Positions 33,953 through 47,400 of a DNA stretch of 64,000 bases are shown here, piece by piece (the stretch's first letter is position 1; each line of letters starts with the position of its first letter). The DNA lies in contig CM059432.1 in NCBI GenBank assembly GCA_030390025.1, forward strand, positions 67,396,001 through 67,460,000. The letters are read 5' to 3'. The stretch comes from Squalus acanthias (lineage: Eukaryota). The notes below the pieces were generated by a model. It was not told where the DNA came from and did no database searches. It saw nothing but the letters and a program-made list of their open reading frames with translations. The position numbers were made by a program, and so were the translations under genes.

Positions 33953-36900
33953 GAGTAGTTAAACTCACTTTCACGGGCATTTTTTCAGAGGCCAGTGTCG
34001 GGAGCAGAGAGAGCAGCAGCACAGTGAGTATTTAAACTCACTTTTGCGGGCTTTTTTTCAGAGGCTTACCAATCTCACAGACTGGCGGCGGCGTTCCAGA
34101 GCCACGTCACAATTCAAAAAGTGACGCGGACAAGAGGAAGCAGCTGTTTGGGTGAGTACGGCCAGGTGAGTATTTATACTACTCTGTAGTTTGACAGTAA
34201 AGGTTAATAGTTTATAAAGTTTAGTAGGTCCTAATTTTTGTGGTTATACTTTCTAAGGTCTCTGTTGTGTAGCAGGGAGTGCTAGTATACAAGGGCCCTT
34301 GAATATATCATTTAATGGTAGTGTAATTTGTGGTATTGAATTGAGTTAATTTAAATTAATTAAAGGATAAGTCATGGCAGCACAGCTCAGCCCCATGGCA
34401 TGCTCCTCCTGCACTATGTGGGAAATCAGGGACACTTCCTGTATCCCTGTTGACCATGTGTGCGGGAAGTGTATCCAGCTGCAGCTACTGGCAGACTGCA
34501 TTGCGGCGCTGGAGCTGCGAATGGATGCATACTGGAGCATTCGCGATGCTGAGGACATCGTGGATAGCACGTTTAGGGAGTTGGTCACACCGCAGGTAAA
34601 GGCTGCACAGGCAGGAAGGGAATGGGTGACCACCAGGCAGAGTAGTAGGCGCAGGCAGGTAGTGCAGGGGCCCCTTGTGGACATCCCCCTCTCAAACAGA
34701 TATATCACTTTGGATATTGTTGAGGGAGATGGCTTATCGGGGGAAGGCAGCAGCAACCAACGTCCTGGCACCATGGGTGGTTCTGCTGCACAGGACGGGA
34801 GGAAAAAGAGCGGGAGAGCTATAGTGATAGGGGATTCTATTGTAAGGGGAATAGATAGGCATTTCTGCGGCCGCAAACGAGACTCCAGGATGGTATGTTG
34901 CCTCCCTGGTGCAAGGGTCAAGGATGTCTCGGGGTGGCTGCAGAGCATTCTGGAGGGGGAGGGTGAACAGCCAGTTGTCGTGGTGCATAAAGGTACCAAC
35001 GATATAGGTAAAAAACAGGTGAGGTCCTAAAAGCTGAATACAGGGAGTTAGGAGGTAATTAAAAAATAGGACCTCAAAGGCAGTAATCTCAGGATTGCTA
35101 CTGGTGCCACGTGCTAGTCAGAGTAGAAATAGAAGGATATTTTAGATGAATACGTGGCTAGAGGAATGGTGCAAGGGGGAGGGATTCAAATTCCTGGGAC
35201 ATTGGAACCGGTTCTGGGGGAGGTGGGACCAGTACAAACTGGACGGTTTGCACCTGGGCAGGACCGGGACCGATGTCCGAGGGGGAGTGTTTGCTAGTGC
35301 TGTTGGGGAGGGTTTAAACTAAAATGGCAGGGGGTTGGGAACCTGTGAAGGGAAACAGAGGAAAGGGAAGCAAGGATAGAAGCAAAAGACAGGAAGGAGA
35401 AAAGCAAAAGTGGAAGGCAGAGAAATCAAGGATGTAAATCAAACAGGGCTACATTAAATAATAATTCTAAAAGGAATAAGAGTGTGAAAAAAACAAGTCT
35501 GAAGGCTTTGTGTCTTAATGCGAGGAGCATTCGAAATAAGGTGGATGAATTAGCTGCACAAATAGATGTAAACGGATATGATATAATTGGGATTACGGAG
35601 ACATGGCTCCAGGGTGACCAAGGCTGGGAATTCAACATCCAGGGGTATTCAATATTCAGGAAGGACAGACAAAAAGGAAAAGGAGGTGGGGTAGCATTGC
35701 TGGTTAAAGAGGAGATTAACACAATAGTAAGGAAGGATATTAGCTCTGATGATATGGAATCTGTATGGGTAGAGCTGAGAAATACCAAGGGGCAGAAAAC
35801 ATTAGTGGGAGTTATATACAGACCCCCAAACAGTAATGCTGAGGTTGGGGATGGCATTAAACAGGAAATTAGAGATGCATGCAATAAGGGCACAGCAGTT
35901 ATCATGGGTGACTTTAATCTACATATAGATTGGGCTAACCAAATTAGTAACAATACTGTGGAGGAGGAATTCCTCGAGTGTATACGGGATGGTTTCCTGG
36001 ACCAATATGTCGAGGAACCAACTAGAGATCAGGCCATCTTAGACTGGGTATTATGCAATGAGAAAGGATTAATTAGCAATCTTGTTGTGCGAGGCCCATT
36101 AGGGAGGAGCGATCATAATATTATAGAATTCTTCTTTAAGATGGAGAGTGAAGTAGTTGACTCAGAGACTAGGGTCCTGAATTTAAATAAAGGAAACTAT
36201 GATAGTATGAGGCGCAAGTTGGCTAGGGTGGATTGGGGAGCGTTACTTAAAGGATTGACGGTGGATAGGCAATGGCAAACATTTAAAGTTCGCATGGATG
36301 AACTACAGAATTTGTTCATCCCTGTTTGGCATATAAATAAAGCAAAAAAGGTGGCTCAACCGTGGCTAACAAGGGAAATTAGGGATAGCATAAGATCCAA
36401 GGAGAGGACATATAAATTGGCCAGAAAAAGCTGCAAACCTGAGGATTGGGAGCAGTTTAGGATTCAGCAAAGGAGGACAAAGGGATTAATTAAGAGGGGG
36501 AAAATAGAATATGAGAGTAAGCTTGCAGGGAACATAAAAACTGACTGTAGAAGCTTCTATAGATATGTGAAGAGAAAAAGATTGGTGAAGTCAAGCGTAG
36601 GTCCCTTGCAGTCAGAATCAGGGGAATTTATAATGGGGAACAAAGAAATGGCTGACGAATTAAATACATACTTTGGTTCTGTTTTCACAAAGGAGGACAC
36701 AAATAAACTCTCAGAGATGTCGGGGAACATAGCGTCTAATGAGAGGGAGGAATTGAATGAAATCACTATTTGTAGGGAAATGGTGTTAGGGAAATTGACG
36801 GGATTGAAGGCCGATAAATCCCCAGGGCCTGATAATCTATATCCTAGGGTACTTAAGGAAGTGGCCCTAGAAATAGTAGATGCATTGCTGGTCATCTTTC

Positions 36901-38382
36901 AAAATTCTATAGACTCTGGAACAGTTCCCATGGATTGGAGGGTAGCTAATGTAACCCCACTATTTAAAAAAGGTGGTAGAGAGAAAACGGTAAGCCTGAC
37001 ATCGGTAGTGGGCCAAATGCTAGAGTCCATTATAAAAGATGTAATAGCAGAGCACATGGAAAACAGTGACAGGATCGGACAAAGTCAACATGGATTTACA
37101 AAAGGGAAATCATGCCTGACTAATCTACTGGAATTTTTTGAGGATGTAACTGGTAGAATAGATAAGGGAGAAACAGTGGATGTGGTGTATTTGGACTTTC
37201 AGAAGGCTTTCGATAAGGTCCCGCATAAGAGATTAGCGTGCAAAGTTAAAGCACATGGGATTGGGGGTGAGGTACTGATTTGGATAGAGAACTCGTTGGC
37301 AGACAGGAAGCAAAGAGTTGGAATAAACGGGTCTTTTTCCAAGTGGCAGGCAGTGACTAGTGGGGTATCACAGGGATCGGTGCTAGGACCCCAGCTATTC
37401 ACAATATATATTAATGATCTAGACGAGGGAACTAGATGTAATATCTCTAAGTTTGCAGATGACACAAAGCTGGGTGGGCGTGTGTGCTGTGAGGAGGATG
37501 CAGAGAAACTCCAGTATAATTTGGACAGGTTGGGTGATTGGGCAGATGCATGGCAGATGCAGTATAATGTGGATAAATGCGAGGTTATCCACTTTGGTGT
37601 CAAAATCAGGAAGACAGATTATTATCTGAACGGCAATAGATTGGGAAAAGGGGAAGTGCAATGAGATCTGGGAGTCCTTGTGCACCAGTCGCTGAAGGTA
37701 AGCATGCAAGTGCAGCAGGCGGTTAAGAAGGCAAATGGTATGTTGGCCTTCATAGTGAGAGGATTCGAGTACAGGAGCAAGGATGTCTTGCTGCAGTTGT
37801 GCAAGGCCTTGGTGAGACCACACCTTGAGTATTGTGTGCAGTTTTGGTCGCCTTATCTGAGGAAGGATGTTCTTGCCATGGAGGGAGTGCAGCGAAGATT
37901 TACCAGACTGATACCTGGGATGGCAGGAATGACGTATGAAGAGAGATTGGGTCGATTAGGCTTATATTCGCTAGAGTTTCGAAGAATGAGAGGGGATCTC
38001 ATTGAAACTTATAAAATTCTAACAGGTCTAGACAGACTAGATGCAGGAAGGATGTTCCCGATGGTGGGGGAGTCCAGAACCAGAGGTCACAGTCTAAGGA
38101 TAATGGGTAAGCCATTTAGGACTGAGATGAGGAGGAATTTCTTCACCCAGAGAGTGGTGAACCTGTGGAATTCTCTACCACAGACGGCAGTTGAGGCCAA
38201 TTCATTAAATATATTCAAGAAGGAGATAGATATATTTCTTAAGGCTAAAGGGATCAAGGGATATGGGGAGAAAGCAGGGACAGGGTACTGAATTTGGATG
38301 ATCAGCCATGATCTCATTGAATGGTGGAGCAGGCTCGAGGGGCCGAATGGCCTACTCCTGCTCCTATCTTCTATGCTTCTAT
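33950..38382 (+). mobile_element. Near-full-length CR1 LINE (5' UTR, ORF1, ORF2, 3' hairpin and tail)
   Basis: ORF1 ~34373-35322 with CSSC/CGKC, GDSIVR, GTND, disrupted after 35030; ORF2 35484-38291; tail at ~38365-38382. Confidence 0.96.
35484..38291 (+). pseudogene. CR1 ORF2 (APE endonuclease + reverse transcriptase), one in-frame stop
   Basis: The 726-aa and 203-aa ORFs share a frame and are separated by TGA at 37662-37664; motifs LNARS, ETWL, GDFN, SDH, QHGF, QGSVLGP, FADD. Confidence 0.93.
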
Positions 38383-38383
38383 A

Positions 38384-39277
38384 GGCAGCATTGTAGGCAG
38401 TGTAGATGAAAGCATAAAATTACAAAGGGATATTGATAGATTAAGTGAATGGGCAAAACTATGACAAATGGATTTCAATGTAGGCCAATGTGAGGTCATC
38501 CACTTTGGACCTAAAAAGGATAGAACAGGGTACTTTCCAAATGATGAAATCTAAAAACAGTGGAGGTCCAAAGAGACTTGGGGGTCCAGGTACATAGATC
38601 CATAAAATGTCATGAATGGTACAGAAAATAATCAAAAAGGCTAATGGAATGCTGGCCTTTCTATCTAGAGGACTAGGAAACAAGGGGGTAGAAGTTATGC
38701 TGCAGCTATAGAAAACCCTGGTTAGACCACACCTGGAGAACTGTGAGCAGTTCTGGGCACCACACCTTAGGAAGGATATATTGGCCTTGGAGGGAGTGCA
38801 GTGTAGGTTTACCAGAATGATACCCGGATTCCAAGGGTTAAATTACGAGGAGAGATTACACAAACTAGGGTTGTATTCCCTAGAATTTAGAAGGTTACAG
38901 GGTGATTTGATTGATGTTTTCAAGATATTAAGGGGAACAGATAGGGTAGATAGAGAGAAACTATTTCTACTGGTTGGGGAGTCTCGGACTAGGGGGCATA
39001 GTCTAAAAATTAGAGCCAGACCTTTCAGGAATGAAATTAGGAAACACTTCTACACACAAAGGGTGGTAGAAGTTTGGAACTATCTTCCACAAATGACAAT
39101 TGATGCTAGATCAATTGTTAATTTTAAATCGGAGATTGATAGATTTTTGTTAACCAAATATATTAAGGGATGTGGGGCAAAGGGGGGTATATGGAGTTAA
39201 GTCGCAGATGAGCCATGATTTCATTGAATGGCGGAACAGGGTCGAGGGGCTGAATGGCCTACTCCTGTTCCTATGTT
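38384..39277 (+). mobile_element. CR1 3' fragment (older subfamily)
   Basis: LEGVQCRFTRMIPG...RKHFYTQRVV; 3' hairpin and tail. Confidence 0.9.
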
Positions 39278-39289
39278 GCTTATGCCTGT

Positions 39290-40705
39290 GCTGCAATGGC
39301 AACCGTGACATCGCCCATCGCAGCATCGTGTCTGGGTCGACATGATCTCTCCTGGAGTTGTTCATCATTTCTAGAATGGTGGGTCCTCAATGTCTTCATC
39401 TGTACCGTGTGCAGCAGGGCTAGGATGCAAGCTGTCCCTCCGGTGAGCTGTTTCCTGGGCTGTCCTATCCCCCTACCCTCGCTCCTGCGCCCCAGTGCTG
39501 TGTGTTTCTCCACGTGCAGACCCGTGCAGCCTACCCTCTTAAATATGCATTGTGCCAGTCTCTGAGCTGATGTACTGTCAAGTGATGCCTTCTGTGGAGC
39601 AGTGCTGCCCTCTTTTTCTTCATCTGCTTTCTGAGGGCTTTGGAAATGGAAAACAGGGACAAGAGTTAGCATTTAGTTCCACGGGTACGCAGAGACAGAT
39701 GACTGGCTTCCGAAAGCAGCAGCAATTTGTCACGAATTAAAGGAATGACCTTTAACTGAGAAAGGAAGGTAGGAAAGATGGTTTAATAACTTGCAACAGT
39801 TCTCCTCCAGCCTCGCCAGATGCCATGCTCCTGAAACACCCCCTGCCCACGATGTCCATCACCTGCTCTTCAAGTGCACGGATGAATCGTGGCCCTCCTC
39901 TTGTGGCTGCCTGCTCCCCATTATTGTGTGCAAGCTTGGACTGCAAGAAAGAAGGAAGTGTGTCAGTGTTAGAGTAACAAAAAGTTTTGAGGACGTGCAT
40001 GTTAGGGTAGAATAGTGTTGTGTGAAATGTGACAGAGGTATGAGGAGGTGAAGGAAGTAATGGTGAAGTGAGTAGCAGGTGCAGAGTGCTGCAATGGGAG
40101 CAGAAGGAGGTGAAGTAAAAGAGTGGTACAGTGATTACAGAAGAGTGCTGGTAATCGGGGGAGGGAAGGGTTGTGAGTGCTGAGGCAACAGGTAGTGCAA
40201 GGCTAAGCAGAGAGTAATGAGAGATATGAGTTAGGAGACTTGACTTAGCTACCCTCGTAAGGTCATTAATCATTTTTTGGCCTTGCAGCCATCTCCTGGA
40301 GACGCTGCTTCTGGCACTCACATGCTCTGCTTCCTCTGCCCACTCGGCAGCTTGCCTACTGCCTGGTGGATCAAACATGTCCTCCTCTGCCAACCTCCTC
40401 CTGCAAAACCTGCAACACAGCATCCAAAAACCAGTGGGGGCCTTGCAGATTCTGCTGTGTCTGCCATTGCGCAGAATCTTCACTGACAGTTGCCTGCACC
40501 CAAAGCGTACCTCTGCTTTAAAAGGTGCAGGCTGTCTTCAAATTGTGTCAGCAACACGTGAAATTGATGCTGCTGATTAGGCAAGCGGTCAGTGAAGAGC
40601 ACGAGTAGTGGTGGAAGCCCACCTATTTATTGAAATTACAGAGTGGCATGAATTTGGGGCCTTCTTTGCGGTGCACGGAAATACACCTGCAGCAATTTCT
40701 ACCCT
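39290..40705 (-). mobile_element. Harbinger relic encoding a Myb/SANT-like protein fragment
   Basis: Minus frame WLQGQKMINDLTRVAK, intron-like spacer, then KLAHNNGEQAATRGG...LEEQVMDIVGR; AATTTCTACCC TIR-like end near 40694-40704. Confidence 0.65.
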
Positions 40706-40907
40706 GATATTTTATTTGGACCATGGCCATCTGACTGTACCTTAGATCCTGTGGTTGCTTGCACTGGTACTTCCTTCTGGTGAGAGAAAATAACAACATC
40801 TGTATTATGGCCTTTTCAATGTCTTCTGGAGTTGTGATGGCACCCTGCTTAGGTTCAGTGGTTGATGTAGTAGACTTCTCTGAATAGACAAAATAAATAT
40901 TTCATAT

Positions 40908-41108
40908 ATAATAAAAACAGAAAATGCTGGAAAAACTCAGCAGGTCAGGCAGCATCTGTGGAGAGAGAAACAGGGTTAATATTTCAGGTCGATGAACAGG
41001 AAAAAGTTAGAGATATAACAGGTTTTAAGCAAGAACAGAGGCAGGGAAGGGGGGAGGGGAGGAAAGAACAAAAGGGAAGGTCTGTGATAGGGTGGAAGGC
41101 AGGAGAGA
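40908..41108 (-). mobile_element. 3' fragment of the same Penelope-like family as 26487-26628
   Basis: 40910-40995 is the reverse complement of ~26505-26588; the CTGANGA half of the hammerhead core is deleted. Confidence 0.7.
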
Positions 41109-41401
41109 TATTTACATGGCTATATTTATAACTCTGCATGGTTTCTGTATGTCTTTCAGTTCAGAATGCAGAGCGCAAGTACTTCATTATTTTAATTGGC
41201 TACTAAACAAATGAAGACGTTACTGGCTAAGGATTAGCAAGGCTTTGCTACATATTGCAAGCTGTGGACTTTATAAATTCCCCAATAAGAAGACATCATC
41301 TTAATGACCTTTGTAACTGAGTGGTGCAGTCTACTTCTATCTGTTCTGTTCCAATTTACTGCTTGCTGAACAGTTCACATTATAGATTTTTATTTTGGCA
41401 G

Positions 41402-41499
41402 TTGTAGACATCTCAATCGATATTAGTGTAATGATTCACCCATCTAATGATGCTGGCTCATTCCTTAGTACATATGAGCTGGATGAAGTGGAAGCAAAG
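41402..41499 (+). other. Candidate internal coding exon of an unidentified host gene
   Basis: Non-repeat DNA; TTTTTATTTTGGCAG acceptor, open frame VDISIDISVMIHPSNDAGSFLSTYELDEVEAK, AAG|GTTTGT donor. Peptide not recognised. Confidence 0.3.
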
Positions 41500-41621
41500 G
41501 TTTGTTTCTATTTCTGTATACGAGAACATTTGATAAAGTTACCCTTTGTAAGAGCAATTGTGAGTGAAAATCACACTGATGTAATCAGAGTGTTCTTCTA
41601 ATGTTGGACTTAAGGTACATT

Positions 41622-43192
41622 GGCCTAGAAATTGGATCACACAGCACCCGATTTTAGAGTGAAAAACGGGTGCTTAAAGGTCCAATACAGTGTGCTCAGT
41701 TCACACAGGGAGAACAGCACATACCAAATTAGGGAGCCCGCCTGAAACTAATGATGGGCCAATTACCTACGCAAATAGAGACCCTAATGCTCGTTTCTGG
41801 CCTCTTTGGGAAATGGGATCGCGACTGATCACAGTGGCGTCATGCATGCTGTGGTCAGTTTTCTTGAGGCTAAAGCAGCCAAAACAGTGGTCCTTAAAGG
41901 GACCGCTGGAGGCAGACACCAAAAAGGAAAGTAATAAAAAGCAGGAGTGCTTCTTGTGGCTCCACATTGAAACTGCGGGCTGCTGCCAGCCTCTGCTCGA
42001 CCACCCTCCCAATCTTCTCTTCCCACCTTACACTCACCATAGGCCAGGTGCTAGCGTCCCTGCTGGCCGAATTTCCTCTTCTTCGCGACCTCTTGGGTGC
42101 GACTATTTCCATTGACTTCAAGATCTACCCTTAAGAATGAATCTCAAGTGCTAATAGCACTCAGTTTTCCAGTCTAATTTTGAACTCCAGCTGCAAACCC
42201 CAACGGGTCTCGGGATGTTAAGAGATGAAAATTGTATGTAAGTCAAATTTAAAAGGACGGGGACAATTAAAGGAAAATGTCACAATAGTGGTGGACTTCT
42301 GGAGAGCCTTATAAATATCATAACCCAAGGCTAAAGGAGCAGGGAATTATGACGTGGCAGATCAAGGTGACAGGAAAGGAACCCATAGGCGCAGATATGA
42401 GGCTGCAGATGAGTGATGACGTAGTCCAGAATTTGGCCTGTTCTTTGATGGCTGCTGAAGTCAAGCTGTTGCTGCATGTGATGCTTGCATGGAGGTTTTC
42501 CCTCTGTGCCACTCTACAGCACCATCCCATAGGTCAGTACTGCAGCATAACTGCAAGAAGGTGTAGGCAAGTTTCAGGCTACAGCTGACCATTTCTGTGC
42601 TTGCAAATGTACAAGCTCTATTTTATGTGGTAGCCAAAGGTATCCTTACAGCAGATGACGCAGCTCAGCATCTACCGCTCTGCTGATCCAGACCCTAAGT
42701 TGGGAGGTTACTACAATTGTTCCCAGGAGAATTTTCCAGGGCTGGCAGAAATAATTGGTGGCATCTTGGCAGGTGTGGCCAAACAGGCAACCCCAGCTCC
42801 TGATCACACTGGTGTACCTGCTTTCATGCAGTATCATGTAAAGAATGACATGCTATGATTGGGATGCTTCTAGCTAACCTTCCAACATAATAGTTTGTCA
42901 GGTATTTCCATCTCAATAATGTGACCGGGGGTCTGCTGGCACAGTCTCCTTTGGGAAGAGGAGTCTCGACCAGCACATCTGCCAATTCTGCACAGTGGGC
43001 TTCAAATAGGCATTAGGGCTTAATGCCTGTTTCAGGCGTGAGCTTTGGATACCTAATTTCTTGCCTATACCAATATAGCGGGTCTGCACCTCTGGCTCGT
43101 AATGAGTGTGTGCTTCCTACCCGCCATTTTGGAGGCTTAGGTGCCTGTTTAGCGCCTGAAAAACGTGAATGGCACAATCAGATTTCTAGGCC
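41622..43192. mobile_element. Degenerate non-autonomous Harbinger-like element
   Basis: Terminal inverted repeat GGCCTAGAAAT / ATTTCTAGGCC; TSD not clear. Confidence 0.55.
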
Positions 43193-44460
43193 AAGGTGTT
43201 TTATTTTTTAAAATAATCAAAATAATTGCTATTTAAATTTTAATGCAATTTTACTGTATCATTTTCTAATTTTAAAAGTCCATACACCACAAATTACTAT
43301 CTGGGCAAGAGGGCAGACAGGGTAAGGACCATTTTAACCCAGCAGTCTGGCATAAAACCAGGCGGAAGGTAATTAAAGTCTCTGGGCAACTTAGCCACTA
43401 ACATCTCACTACCTTCCAGCAGTCTTCCATTTTAACATGTTCCTCTGAGCAGGCAGGAAGAAAACTCACTGGAAGCTAGCAGGACCCTTCTTTAAACATG
43501 CTGTTTGGGTTCTGATGATGTCATCAAGGCCCTACTGCTATTTTAACCAGTAGCCCGAGTGGGGAAGCCATTGCGGTTTACCCGCCAGACGGACCTAGTA
43601 GGAGGAAGAGTCAGGGCCAGAAGTGGCCCAAACAGGTACATTTTTGTAAGCCTGCTCCGCGGGCCGTACAAGGAAAGTTTCGGCCTCTGCAGCCCTGAGC
43701 TCCCAAGGCCCTCCCAAAAACTCTGTCCCCGTGACTTACCTTGTTGCCAGCGACTGTCCTTCGGACCCCGACGGTGGCCTCCTGCCCCCCAACATTCGCT
43801 CCTGTCCACCAGCCAGCTGCTGCTTCCCACTGTTTTTGGGTAGGCGTGCAGGTGAGGCCCGGGCATTAAAATTGCCTGGGCCTTACATTGCCAAGGCGAG
43901 AATGGCTTGCCACCTGCCTCGTCTCCTGCCTGCCTAATTTCTGCCCAGAGTTAAAATTGGGGCTGTGCTATTTTTAAGCGGCTTCTAGAAGCTATTAGTG
44001 CGATATAGGTTAACATATCCACCAGTTTTTAAATTATTCATCTTATTGAAGTGCATTACCTCCACGCAACACCTTTCTTCTGTTGATCTGAGGGAAATTA
44101 AAATCTTAATCTGTAGATGATAGGCGCAATTCAGCATTCAACCTCGGAATGATACAGTATGATAGTACACCAAAATATAGTACCACCAATGTCGCTATTT
44201 TTAATTTTTGCACAGTAAGTTATAGCCTTGGTGATCTAGTAAAGGTTAAGGTACATTATGGTATTTGGTATTGAATCGCTATGTGCCTGTTCAATCCTTG
44301 GTTGGGGTACTGAGGAGGGTCACCAGGCAATCATCCTGCAGGCATAATAATAAGATGCCAACCACATTGGTCAGTAATACTGACCTATCCTATGCCCAGT
44401 AAACAATGAACAGATTGCATTTCATAATGTTACTGGTTTTCTAAGGCCCGTGAATATGAT

Positions 44461-47400
44461 TACATAGGATTACATAGGATATACGGCACAGAAACAGGCC
44501 ATTCAGCCCAACCAGTCCATGCCAGCATTTATGCTCCACCGAGCCTCCTCCCGTCTTTCCTCATCTAAATCCATCAGCATAACCCTCTATTCCCTTTTCG
44601 CTCATATGTTTGTCTAGCCTCCCCTTAAATGCATCTATACTATTCGCTTCAACCACTCCCTGTGGTAGTGAGTTCCACATTCTCACCACTCTTTGGGTAA
44701 AGAAGTTTCTTCTGAATTCTCTATTGGATTTCTTGGTGACTATCTTATATTGATGGCCTCTAGTTATGCTCTTCCCCACAAGTGGAAACATTCTCTCTGT
44801 ATCCACTCTATCAAAATTTTTCATAATTTTAAAGACCTCTATTAGGTCACCCCTCAGGCTTCTTTTTCCAAGAGAAAAGAGAACCAGCCTGTTCATCCTT
44901 TCCTGATATGTATACCCTCGCATTTCTGGTATCATCCTTGTTAACCTTCTCTGCCCCCTCTCCAGTGCCTCTATATCCTTTTTATAATATGGCGACCAGA
45001 ACTGTACGCAGTACTCTAAGTATGGTCTAAACAAGGTTCGATACAAGTTTAGCATAACTTCCCTGCTTTTCAAGTCTATGGGGAAAAAATGGGTTGCTTT
45101 GTGCAAAGCCCGTAGCGCCCGGGCGCGGTATCGCTAACGCCTGCCGCGAAATTCAGCGGGAGGTTAGCGGTGGCGGTAGCCTGTAGCGCCCCACAGTGCT
45201 GCGCCTCCAGCGCTGACATCATCACCATGCACAGCGCCCCGGCCGCAAACTTCAGCTGTGCCCTTGACCTATTGCCGGACGATATGTCCGACAGGGTCAG
45301 GGTGATGTTTTTGCATCCGCAGTGACGGTATTTAAAGGGGCAGCTGTTGGGCGTTCTTTTTTTTTGTGGCCGCCTGCCAGCACCTGCCCCCTTCCCCTCT
45401 TTTATTCCGGGTGCCGGCCGCGATCACTCAGCACGGCACTCCTCTTGAGTGCTGGGCTGCTTTCCCGGCATCCCGCTCCCCGGCGATCCAGCAGGGCCCC
45501 GGTGCGCGCAGCACTAGGCCCCTCCCCTTTAATCAGGGAAGGGAGGCCTGCAATACCACGGCGCTATGTGCTGACGTGCATGGCGCTGTTGCACATAGCA
45601 CCGCGATATTCACTGGTAGCGCCCCAGGAAGGAGGGGGAGCGCTTCCAGTAGCACCCCGCCTCCTCCCTGGGGCGCTACCACTGAAATTACGGCGCAGGG
45701 GTGCTAACTTTTTCGGGACGCTAAAAGTAGCGCCCCGGCAAAGTTAGCGTCCCAAAGGGGGCACCACCGAATTTTCCCCCCCATACCTCTAGAAATAAAC
45801 CCTAATGCTTAGTTTTTTTTTATGGCCTGGCTAAACTGTGTCGCAACTTTCAGTGATTTGTGTATTTGTACTCCTAGGTCCCTTTGTTCCTCTACCCCAC
45901 CTAGACTCGCGCCCTCCAAGTGATAAGTGACCTCCCTATTCTTCCCACCAAAATGTAATACCTCACATTTATCTGTGTTGAACTTCATTTGCCAATTATA
46001 TGCCTATTCTGCAAGTTTATTAATATCCTCCTGTAACGTGTTGCAGTCCTCCTCAGTATTGACTATCCCCCCCAATTTGGTGTCATCCGCAAATTTAGAA
46101 ATTGTGTTTTTGAGTCCTAAGTCTAAATCGTTAATGTAAATTGTGAACAGCAGTGGTCCCAGCGCTGATCCTTGTGGAACACCACTACCCACCTTCTGCC
46201 ACTATGAATAGCTACCCTTTACTCCTACTGTCTGCTTTCTGTCCTGAAGCCAGCCAACAATCCATTCTGCTACCTGTCCTCTGACTCCACATTCTCTGAC
46301 CTTGCTCATCAGTCTATTATGGGGTACCTTATCGAAGGCCTTTTAAAAATCCAGATAAATTACATCTAAAGCATTACCATTGTCTACTCTGTTACCTCTT
46401 CAAAAAATTCAATAAGGTTGGTCAAGCAAGACTTTTCCTTTTGAAATTCATGCTGACTATTCATTATTATATTTTTGGTTTCTAGATGTTCTTCTATTTT
46501 CTCCTTTAGTAGGGATTCCATTATTTTTCCTATCACCGATGTTAAGCTGACTGGTCTATAATTCCCTGGACATGTTCTAACCCCCTACTTAAATATCGCT
46601 ATTACGTTAGGAATCCACCAGTTCTCTGGCACTATACCTTTTTCTAATGAATTATTAAATATGCGCAGTAATGCCTCTGCTATCTCTTCCCTAGATTATT
46701 TTGAAATGCGTGGATGCAATCCATCCGGACCAGAGGTTTTATCCTCTTTGAGTTTGATTTGTTTATTTAATATTTCCCCTTTTTTATTTTAAATGCACTT
46801 ATCTCATTACTAATCTCATCATCCAATGTCATGTCCACCTGTTATATCTCCCTGGTAAATACTGAAGCAAAATAATTATTTACTATTTCTGCCATCTCTC
46901 TATCGTTACCTGTGGTATTATCCTCACTATCCCTTAATGGCCCTATTCCCATCCCAACCTTTCTTTTTTTATTGATGTGCCTATAAAATATTTTACTATT
47001 TTGTTTTATATTCTTTGATAATTTAATTTCATAGTTCCTCTTTGCCTCCCAAATTGTTTTTTTGACTTCTTTCCTAATCTTTTCGTATTCTCTCTTATCA
47101 TGCACTACCCTGCTGTCTATGTATTCCATGCATGCCACTTTCCCTACCCTTAATTGTTCCCTTATGGCTTTATTCATCCATGGAGTCTCATTAGTGTTTA
47201 GTTTGTTCTTTCCTTTTAGCGGAATATATTGTTCCTGCACTCTGTTGAACACCATTTTAAATGTTTCCCATTGCTGTTCTACATCATTGCTTGCCAATAT
47301 TGTTGCCCCTTTTTCCCCCAAGTTTTATTCTCAGCTCCTCAAAATCAGATTTTCTACAAACTATTAACCTGGTTTTTGTCATACTCATGTCCTTCTCAAT

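Noticed and set aside
42652..42858. Candidate exon or U12-type donor GTATCCTT near 42640
   Set aside because: Lies inside a TIR-bounded element (41622-43192); weak pyrimidine tract; peptide unrecognised.
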